A stretch of 64,000 nucleotides of DNA from Camelus dromedarius (lineage: Eukaryota), in assembly GCF_036321535.1 (NCBI RefSeq), contig NC_087437.1, positions 60,886,001 to 60,950,000 on the forward strand. Reading direction: 5' to 3'. The notes beneath the pieces are model-generated. The model was not told the origin of the DNA. It ran no database searches and was given only the letters and a program-made list of their open reading frames with translations. The translations under genes were made by a program, and so were the position numbers. How positions within the stretch are numbered: the stretch's first letter is position 1; every line of letters starts with the position of its first letter. This document shows, in pieces, positions 53,965 to 64,000 of the stretch.

Positions 53965-54366
53965 ATAGAAAAGCAGCAGGATGCTACAGAAATGAGAAAC
54001 ACACAACTGGAAAGGTGATAACTCATGAATTACAAATAAAGTAAACATGAAATTATAAAAGAAGACATACAAATTACTGAGAGTGGGAGAGGGAGGCAGG
54101 GAAATATAGAATATTTTTTTCTTTCTTTTTTAAATTTTTTTAACAGTAGGATGGGTTTGAGATTATGTTACTATCAGTTTAATAAAAAGTTATAGTAATG
54201 GGTTGATAGATTTACAAAAAAGGGTAACCACAAGCCAAAAATTTACAAAGGAGTCACAAAAATTAAATAAAATCCATGATAATACAAAGGAAAATTACCA
54301 AACCACAAAAGGAAGAAGAAAGGAACAAAGAGGATATACCAATTCAACTGCAAAGATAAGTTCAAA

Positions 54367-57300
54367 ATGGCAATAAACACACATCTATCATTAATTACGG
54401 TAAATGTTAATGGACTAAATGCTCCAGTCAAAAGACACAGAGTGGCAGACCGGATAATAAAGCAAGAACCTTCAATATGCTGCATACAAGAGACCCACTT
54501 TAGGGAGAAGGACACATATAGATTGAGAGTGAAAGGATGGAGAAGGATATTCCATGCAAATGGAAAAGCCAAAAAAGCAGGTGTTGCAGTACTGATTTCA
54601 GACAAAATAGACTTTAAAACAAAGGCCATAAAGAAAGATAAAGAAGGACATTTTATAATGATTAAAGGAGTGATACAAGATGAGGATATTACACTCGTTA
54701 ATATATATGCACCCAATATAGGAGCACCTAAGTACATACAAGAATTACTAACAGAGATAAAGGGGGATATTGATGGGAATACAATCATAGTTGGAGATTT
54801 TAACACTGCATTAACATCACTAGACAGATCTTCCAGACAGAAAATAAACAAGGCAACAGAGAAATTAAATACTACAATAGAAAAACTAGATTTGGTGGAT
54901 ATTTTCAGAACATTACACCCCCCAAAAATAGGATATACATTCTTTTCAAGTGCACATGGAACATTTTCCAGGATCGATCATGTGCTTGGGCACAAAAGAA
55001 ACCTCAACAATTTTAAGAAGATAGAAATTATCTCAAGCATCTTTACTGACCACAATGCCGTGAAACTGGAAATCAACAACAGAGAAACAAAGGAGAAAAA
55101 AAGGAAAGCATGGAGATTAAACAATATGTTATTGAAAAAACAATGGATCAATGAGGAAATCAAAGCTGAAATTAAAAAATACCTTGAGACAAATGACAAT
55201 GAAAGCACAACCACTCAAAACCTATGGGACACAGCAAAGGCAGTGCTAAGAGGGAAGTTTATAGCGATACAGGCCTTCCTCAAAAAAGAAGAACAATCTC
55301 AAATAAACAATTTAACCCACCACCTGAATGAATTAGAAAAAGAAGAACAAAAAGCCCCAAAAAGCAGCAGAAGGAAGGAAATAATAAAGATCAGAGAGGA
55401 ATTAAATACAATAGAGATTAACAAGACCATAGAAAAAAATCAACCAAACCAAAAGCTGGTTTTTTGAAAAAGTAAATAAAATCGACAAACCTCTGGCCAA
55501 ACTCACAAAGCAGAAAAAAGAGAGAGCACAAATTAGCAAAATAAGAAAGGAAAATGGAGAAATTACAACAAACAAAATAGAAATACAGAATATCATACGA
55601 GACTATTATGAAAAACTATATGGAACCAAACTGGATAACCTAGAGGAGATGCACAAGTTTCTGGAAACATACTGTCCACCAAAACTGAATCAAGAAGAAT
55701 CTGAACACTTGAACAATCCGATCACTACAAAGGAAATAGAAATAGCAATTAAAAACCTGCCTACAAATAAAAGTCCAGGACCGGATGGCTTCACCGGGGA
55801 ATTCTACCAAACATACAAAGAAGAACTCATACCAGTCCTTCTCAAACTCTTCCAGACGATTGAAAAGGAGGGAATACTCCCAAACTCATTCTATGAATCC
55901 ACCATCACCCTGATACCAAAACCAGGCAAAGACACTACAAAAAAAGAGAATTATAGGCCAATATCGCTGATGAACATAGACACCAAAATCCTCACCAAAA
56001 TTTTAGCAAATAGAATCCAACAACACATAAAAAAGATTATACATCATGACCAAGTGGGGTTCATCCCAGGGACACAAGGCTGGTTCAACATACGCAAATC
56101 AATCAGTGTAATACATCATATCAACAAGAGAAAGGACAAAAACCACATGATCATCTCAATCGATGCATAAAAAGCATTTGATAAAATTCAACACCCATTT
56201 ATGATAAAAACTCTCGCCAAAGTGGGTATAGAGGGAACGTATCTCAACATAATAAAAGCTATATATGACAAACCTACAGCCAGCATAGTACTCAACAGTG
56301 AAAAACTCAAAAGCTTTCCACTAAAATCTGGGACAAGACAAGGATGCCCACTATCACCACTCCTATTCAACATAGTCCTGGAAGTCCTAGCCACAGCAGT
56401 CAGGCAAGAGAAAGAAATAAAAGGGATCCAAATTGGAAAAGAAGAGGTAAAAGTGTCATTATATGCTGATGACATGCTACTATATATAGAAAACCCTAAA
56501 AGGTCCACACAAAAGCTACTAGAGCTGATTGAAGAATTCAGCAAGGTAGCAGGTTACAAAATTAACGTTCAAAAATCAGTTGCATTTCTTTACACTAACG
56601 ATAAATCAACAGAAGAAGAAAGTAAAGAAACAATCCCCTTTAAAATAGCACCCAAAGTAATAAAATATCTGGGAATAAATCTAACCAAGGAGGTGAAAGA
56701 ATTATACACAGAAAACTATAAACCATTGATGAAGGAAATTAAAGAAGACTTTAAAAAATGGAAAGATATTTCATGCTCTTGGACTGGAAGAATCAATATT
56801 GTTAAAATGGTCACACTGCCCAAGGCAATCTACAGATTTAATGCAATCCCTATCCAATTACCCAGGACATATTTCACAGAACTAGAAAAAATCATAATAA
56901 AATTCATATGGAACCATCAAAGACCTAGAATTGCCAAAGCATTACTGAAGAGAAAGAAAGAGGCTGGAGGAATAACTCTCCCAGACTTCAGACAATACTA
57001 TAGAGCTACAGTCATCAAGACAGCATGGTATTGGTACCAAAACAGACATATAGACCAATGGAACAGAATAGAGCCCAGAAATGAACCCACAAACTTTTGG
57101 TCAACTCATCTTCGACAAAGGAGGCAAGAATATACATTGGAATAAAGACAGTCTCTTCAGCAAATGGTGTTGGGAAAACTGGACAGCAGCATGTAAAACA
57201 ATGAAGCTAGAACACTCCCTTACACCATATACAAAAATCAACTCAAAATGGATTAAAGACTTAAACATAAGACAAGATACAATAAACCTCCTAGAGGAAA

Positions 57301-58160
57301 ACATAGGCAAAACATTATCTGACATACATTTAAAAAATTTTCTCCTAGAAGAAATAAAAGCAAGAATAAACAAATGGGACCTAATGAAACTTACAAGCTT
57401 CTGCACAGCAAAGGAAACCAGAAATAAAACAAGAAGAAAACCTACGGAATGGGAGAAAATTTTTGCAAGTGAAACCGACAAAGGCTTGATCTCCAGAATA
57501 TATAAGCAGCTCATACGACTCAATAAGAAAAAAATAAACCCAATCCAAAAATGGGCAGAAGACCTAAACAAGCAATTCTCCAAGGAAGACATACAAATGA
57601 TCAAAAAGCACATGAAAAAATGCTCAGTATCACTAATTATCAGAGAAATGCAAATCAAAACTACAATGAGGTATCACCTCACACCAGTCAGAATGGCCGT
57701 CATTCAAAAATCCACAAATGACAAATGTTGGAGAGGCTGTGGAGAAAGGGGAACCCTCCTACACTGCTGGTGGGAATGCAGTTTGGTGCAGCCACTATGG
57801 AAAACAGTGTGGAGATTCCTCAAAAGACTAGGAATAGACTTACCATATGACCCAGGAATCCCACTCCTGGGCTTGTATCCAGAAGGAAATCTACTTCAGG
57901 ATGACACCTGCACCCCAATGTTCATAGCAGCACTATTTACAATAGCCAAAACATGGAAACAGCCTAAATGTCCATCAACAGGTGACTGGATAAAGAAGAG
58001 GTGGTATATCTATACAATGGAATACTACTCAGCCATAAAAACCGACAACATAATGCCATTTGCAGCAACATGGATGCTCCTGGAGAATGTCATTCTAAGT
58101 GAAGTAAGCCAGAAAGAGAAAGAAAAATACCATATGAGATCACTCATATGTGGAATCTAA
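54367..58160 (+). pseudogene. L1 ORF2p (APE endonuclease, reverse transcriptase, Cys-rich C-terminus) with three lesions
   Basis: EN motifs NVNGLN, QETH, GDFN, RIDH, TDHN; RT motifs [19 protein letters not shown] (56462-56473); [18 protein letters not shown]. Lesions: +1 A in the run at 55433-55439, nonsense TAA at 56168-56170 in IDA[E]KAFD, 2-nt deletion near 57072. Confidence 0.97.
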
Positions 58161-58585
58161 AAAACAAAAAGAAAAACAAACAAACAAACAAAAACACAGC
58201 GTAAATAAAGGACAGAAATAGACTCACAGACAGAGAATACAGACTTGTGGTTACCAGGGGGTGGAGGGTGGGAAGGGATAGACTGGGATTTCAAAATTGT
58301 AGAATAGACTACACTGTACAGCACAGGGAAATATACACAAAATGTTATGATAACTCACAGAGAAAAAAATGTGACAATGAGTGTGTATATGTCCATGAAT
58401 AACTGAAAAATTGTGCTGAACACTGGAATTTGACACAACATTGTAAAATGATTATAAATCAATAAAAAATGTTAAAAGTTACCAAAAAGACAAACAATGC
58501 TGCTATGTAAAATTTTATAAATTTAAAACAAATTAAGGCATGATTTAACAAAGGCTCACTTCCCAGAAAATACCCAGTTTCTCAC

Positions 58586-58942
58586 CTGATATTTTGGTGC
58601 ATTGTTGCACTGTGGAAAACTGCCATTGACTTCTCCATTATGTAGTAGATTATTGTCCACCAGATTCCAGCCCCAGCTCTGGTCATCACTACCCAGCAGC
58701 GCCACATAACCTTGGCATTGCATGGGGGCCCGTTTTGTGGCAATTCCAATCACTGCCACAGTGCCCAGAGGGCCCTCCCACCACACTTCCCAAGCATGGC
58801 GGCCCTCACTGAAACCAATCTTGGTCCTTGCACCATCAGTGCTTTGAGCGATGGGGTTTCGATGTAAAGTAAAGCCATTCTTCTTAATGTAGACATTCCT
58901 CGAGCAGTCATTAGTGCTGAAGGCATGTTGGAAAGCACGTAT
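58586..58942 (-). CDS. FBXO45: FBXO45 coding exon 2 (most of the SPRY/B30.2 domain), 357 nt, phase 0/0
   Basis: Translates [119 protein letters not shown], recognised as FBXO45. Acceptor ttttcag|ATA at 58943/58942; donor CAG|gtgaga at 58586/58585. Confidence 0.98.
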
Positions 58943-61559
58943 CTGAAAAGATGAAAAACAGACCAAAGAAACAGAAATTTGACTTTTTTAAACATTAAAA
59001 AGTACCCAAACTTTAGGCTACATGTTTTTCAACAATAAAGTTATATACTTTAAGTAAGACAATAAGCATTTCCAAAAAATGGCTCAAGTTTCAGGATGGG
59101 ATACTAACATAATAAATTATACAACATTAAAAATAAAACTGCCAATTGTTTCATTACTGACAAAAATTCTAAACAATAGTATAATCTCTCCAGATAGACT
59201 TCTTAAAACATCAAAAGATATACACACGAATCTATATTTTAGAGATAATACTGAAATGTTTATGGGTGACAATGGTATCTGGAAATTGCTCTGAAATATT
59301 CAGAAATGGAGTGGGAAAGTGGGTGGCATAAACATGAAACTAGATTTTCCAATAATTAATCATTGGTAAAGCTTGGTAATGGGTATAGGGAGGTTCATTA
59401 AATTGTTTCCTTTACGCTTGTTTATTGATATTTTTACATAAAAAAGTTATGCAAATATGCACAGTTTTCATGTTGGCAATGCTGTCACCAAAAACAATTG
59501 TATTTTAAGTAAAATAGAGAACTTAGTCATAGCAGCTCTTAAGTTGATGAAAACTTTTAATAACCACAAACTATCTTAAATCCTCAGCCTCTTTGCTAGG
59601 CATTACTCATACACTGAGACATCACCACTCTCATTTTACTAAATCAAATAATCCCCTAGATAGCATTTAAATTCAACCACTAAAATTTATGCAGAGTTAG
59701 TCATTAACAGCAGCTACCACTGACAGGACATGTTAGCTGAACTTCAGTAATTATCAGTTTTTTAAGCCTCTAAAATAAAGACAGTATGAAAATTGCTACT
59801 TTGTACAAGTAATAACAATCTCTCATTTTTAATAACTTAAAGTTTTTGGTTTGTATTTTTTTTAGAAAATCCCCTCTTTATTCAAACTACCCAAAAGCAG
59901 CTAAAGACTGGGACCTACTGCTTTAGTTAACCAAATAAATCAACTCCAGAATCACAGAATTTCAACATTAGGAAAGATTTTGAAGTTCACCTAGTTCAAC
60001 TCGGGGGTAAGGACATAGACATAGAAGTAAACAGCTAGTTAATACAAGAGCCCCAAAGAGAAGTCAAGTATCCAGCCCCCACATCCAGTGTTCATTGCTG
60101 CACTCCAGAGCACAGATTAAAAAACAACCGAAAAACTTCCTTGGTTCAGGTATCCCTTGTCTTCATAAGGATGAAGTAAACTCAAGTATACCTACATTTT
60201 TTCCTTTCTGTTCTTATTATAACATACTTTTAAGCTCCTAAAAGTGCTATACACACCACAACCACCTGATTCTAGTAAGAAATATCTTGAAAAAAAATTT
60301 AATCTAACCTAAATTGATCAAATCCAACAGAGGACAGAAGAGCATGTTAAGCAACACCATGGGAATGAAATATGAAAAACCCAGACTGAGGGAATTTCTA
60401 CAGGGTAAACAACCTAGTTTAATTTCTATATCAGCACCTTTATTATACCTCATCCTAGTTCAGTCACCTTTGATAGTTTCGTACTGACTACCATATCAAC
60501 TGTAAATTCTTCTGCCTGGCCTTCAAAGCCTTCAGATCTGATTCCTCCTATTTCCCTTTCTAATTTCATATTGTCCTCCTTGTCTGTGGCATCATATCTG
60601 CTTTCCTCCTCCCACATATCCTTTAAGACCAGCTCTAGTCTTACCACCTCAGTGAAGCTACTCTTAATCAAGAATCCCTGCCTGATTCCTGTCTCCTGAA
60701 TTCCCACCCACCATGGTTTGCACTATGCAACATTTAATTGTTACACACCCCATCCACTCGACTCTAGTTAAAAATATCTTGCAAAAAAATCTAACTTAAC
60801 CTAAATTGATCAAACCTCTATAGGAAATAACAGAGAGCATGTTAAGCAACACCATGGGAATGAAATCAGCAAATCTAGACTGAGGGAACCTCTACTGGGT
60901 AAACAACTCGGTTTCTTCCACAAGTAAGTCGCAGCAGTGGGAGGTGAAAGAGATGGAGGGTATATCTGAAGACTAAAATAGCCTTAAAAGATATATCAAC
61001 TGTTTGTCATGGGAATCTTATATAGATCTTGCTTAAATAAATTGAAAATTAAAGATACAACATTTGACATTTATGAGACAATTGGAAAATTGAACACTAT
61101 GCTTTTTATATTAAGGAATTATTATTTATTTCTTTACACATGAGATGTAATAATGGTATTGTGATTAAGTGTCCTTATCTTTTTAGAGATGGATACTAAA
61201 AAAATCAGATAAAATGGAAAAATAAATGCATAAACAAATAAAAACAATCTATAGTTTTTGCTGCACAGTTTCATGTACAACCTGGATTTTGCATTATTAG
61301 AGCAAACAGCTTTAAGATCTAGTTTAGGTTGTAAGTCTGAAATTTAGAGAATTATAGTGAGATGCCAAGTATGACTAGAATAATTGATGTTACTTGGTAA
61401 TATGTAAAATATGAATATTTTACATATTTTTAAAATATTAAAAAGACAAATCCTAGTTACATTGACAAATGTAAAAGACAAATCCTAGTTAAAAAGACAA
61501 ATCCTTTAAAAAGACAAATCCTAGTTACATTGACAACTCCAAATACTTTCCAGTTTTAT

Positions 61560-62820
61560 GCTATCCTAAGCCTGTTCTCATCGTTTTCTCAGTTACCCAG
61601 GCTCCCTGGAAATCTTGTTTGACTCTTCCTTCTTCCTCATCCCACTCACCCAGCCAGCTGTCTACCTATGTGCACTTGTTTTCTTGCAGTTTGTCTCCCA
61701 GCCAACCCCTTCTCTGCTCTATATACTTGTTTGGGTGTTAAGTACCTCTGGTATAGGCACCAACTCCTGCCTTCTCAAATTCATCTTATGGCCTAGTTTT
61801 TCTAAAGCACAGCTCTTAATTTGTCACTCCTTTGTTCAAATCTCTGTGGTTTACAACTGTAAAACAAAGCCCAAACTATATACTGAAGGCTGTATGTCAA
61901 GGACCTCCATGATATATCATTTCAGCTTACCTTTACAATCATACTTCCCATCTAACCAGACGATTTTATATCTTTAGTCTCTCCTCTAAGCTCCAAAATG
62001 TAACAGATGCCTAGCTGAAATCTCTTGGATGTTTCAAAAGCACTGTAAATCCTACACTACCAAAACTGAACTCATTGTTATTCCTCCAAAATCTAGCCCA
62101 GGTGATCCTTATATTATGTAAGCCAGATACCTAAGAGTCATCCTTAGCACCTCCCTCTTCCTCATGCCTATTTCAAATCTATTGCAAAGTCCTGTTGATT
62201 TTATTTCCTAAATCTCTCCTAAATTTCTGCCCATCTCTTTTACTACATACTTCATACTACTCATATTTCTAAGGTACCCCTCCAACCTGTTCTCAATTCT
62301 GAAGTTAGAAATAACCTTTTAAAAATGGAAAAATGTCTTAATACCAATCCCCCACTTCTAACCCCCTCTTGCTTATAATTTAAAATGGCTTCGTTTTGTT
62401 TGGCCTCAGTCTGCCTCTTCATCTTATCTCAAACTGGCCTTACCTTTGCTCTCTATACTCCAGCCACACTGATTATTTTCTGTCCCTCATACTCATCCCT
62501 CCTGGAAGGCTCTTCTTTCACTCTATGGCCTATTTATCCTTATCCTTCAGGTCTCAGTTCATGCATTAGTTCCTCAGAGAAAGCCTTCCCTGACCTCCCT
62601 ATTTAGGTCAAATTCTTCATTATTGACATTCAGAGCACCATATATCTACCCTTCATAGTACTTAACACAAACACAATTTTACAACTAAGTGACTATTTGA
62701 TTAATACCCACTTCCCCCCACTAGACGGTAAGCTTCATATGGAAAGGCATTCATAAGAGTTTGTATCTGTTTTTATTCATCATTGCATCTAAACTCAGCA
62801 TAGTGCCTAGTATTCATATT
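61560..62820. mobile_element. L2 fragments in FBXO45 intron 1
   Basis: aaaactgaactc..., tcctcagagaaagccttccctgacc, agcatagtgcctag motifs. Confidence 0.75.
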
Positions 62821-64000
62821 TTTTAAAATATAAATATATGCTGTACAAGCCCTCTGCTTTCCATTGTCCTGCTTTTGTTCACGGTATTTCCTCTTAGTAA
62901 AATGTTCAGATTCTCCTTATCTTTAAAATTCAGCTCAAATACAATCTCAACTTCAAACCTCCTCCAATCCTCCACTCAACTTGTAAATCTTTCACTTAAC
63001 TTCTATCATATATATTTTTTAATATCTCTAACAGTTATGAATAATTTCTACCATTTTTAAGTAATAACCACTAGTTATTTCTATACCTTTTTTTCTCCTC
63101 TATTAGACTGAGGACTTCCCTACTAGGCTATCTGACTCCTTTTGAATTAATCTTTTATCTTCAAGATATTCAAGAAAAGTCCTGCAACATCTGAAAGTAT
63201 ATGTGATAGTACAAGTCTGTAATACCTACAGTGCATGTAATACAAAGGCATACTATTAAAAACTTAAGAAACCTAAAATATCTGGGAGGATACAAAAGAA
63301 GTAAGTAAAACAGGTTGCCTCCAGCCTAGGTAGTGGGGGCACAAGGATGAAAGGAAGGCATTTTTCTTTATATCACTTTGCTTTGCTTGAATGTTGACTC
63401 ACATAAAAAGATTATCTATTACATATTATTACATGAATCTTGTATCATGTGAACATATCTATTATAGACCAATTATAAAAATGTCTTAATTAAAAATAAG
63501 TAAAAGCAATAAATATTATGGAAAACAAAAAACTAAATAAAACTTATGAAACCTACATGTTTATCAGCCACAGTAGGACAAAACTGCAATCTTCTGCACT
63601 CTACTTTATGAATTACTAGAATCCATTGAGTATCTATCATGTATAAATACTGCCCTCGTGAATTAACATGTTATTTCACTTAATAGAAAAACAATTTGAC
63701 AGTTAACATATTTAAGAGCAATATTCCTTATCTTATTAAACTAAAATATGTTCTATTACAGAAGAATAAATTTTACATCTATTTCACGTGGAAAAAAATT
63801 TACTCCTCACTCTGGCCCCACTGGCAGGCTAGCATTTAAAAGGGATGTTTTCCCTTTTTAGTTATTAATGTATTTTTGTTTACCAGCATTCTAGGTCAGA
63901 CTTTATCCTCTCTCATATTTGCTGTTGGTGACTGCTATACTGAATAGCTGTTTCCATCCAACTGAACCCAAGTTTAGGTGCTTTTGTTTATACTGCTTGA

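Larger units (their letters stand above)
51378..58473 (+). mobile_element. Full-length young LINE-1 (~7.1 kb) in FBXO45 intron 2, antisense to the gene
   Basis: CpG-rich 5'UTR beginning ggagacggagaagatgg, ORF1, ORF2, 3'UTR with G-rich tract (58257-58278) and AATAAA 58461-58466. TSD aaaagttacca at 51367-51377 and 58474-58484, at a TT/AAAA endonuclease site. Confidence 0.98.

Noticed and set aside
53165..57658. Long minus-strand hydrophobic ORFs (e.g. 54243-54851, 57101-57658)
   Set aside because: Antisense shadows of A-rich L1 coding sequence.
58750..58995. Alternative-frame 81-aa ORF overlapping FBXO45 exon 2
   Set aside because: Starts in the intron; a by-product of the real coding frame.

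Overview
Mammalian genomic DNA, very probably camelid: two tRNA-derived SINEs resemble the camelid vic-1 family. The only protein-coding gene I can read directly is FBXO45 on the minus strand. Coding exon 2 is 58942-58586 and exon 3 CDS is 47298-47113, followed by a ~4.6 kb 3'UTR ending near an AATAAA at 42486-42481; exon 1 lies beyond the right edge. Intron 2 holds a young, full-length ~7.1 kb LINE-1 (51378-58473) antisense to the gene, with target-site duplications (TSDs), four inactivating lesions and almost no poly(A) tail. A CpG island at ~7400-8010 has ETS/IRF/Inr motifs and a minus-strand splice donor; by synteny it is most likely the promoter and first exon of NRROS (LRRC33). The rest is mostly transposon debris (L1, L2, MIR, MLT1, LTR33, MER5A/46C/53/58A). 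I found no convincing new multi-gene system, CRISPR array or RNA gene, and nearly all short ORFs in the track are spurious or L1-derived. The best locus-level leads are: a predicted poison exon made by the antisense L1 next to FBXO45 exon 2; an intact solo LTR with six CCAAT boxes, an octamer and a TATA box; a 1.1 kb L1 with both ends but no middle; an orphan polyadenylated insert; upstream ATGs in the putative NRROS exon 1; and several templated-insertion scars. Repeat family names come from my recognition of consensus sequences, not a database search, and boundaries of old repeats are approximate.
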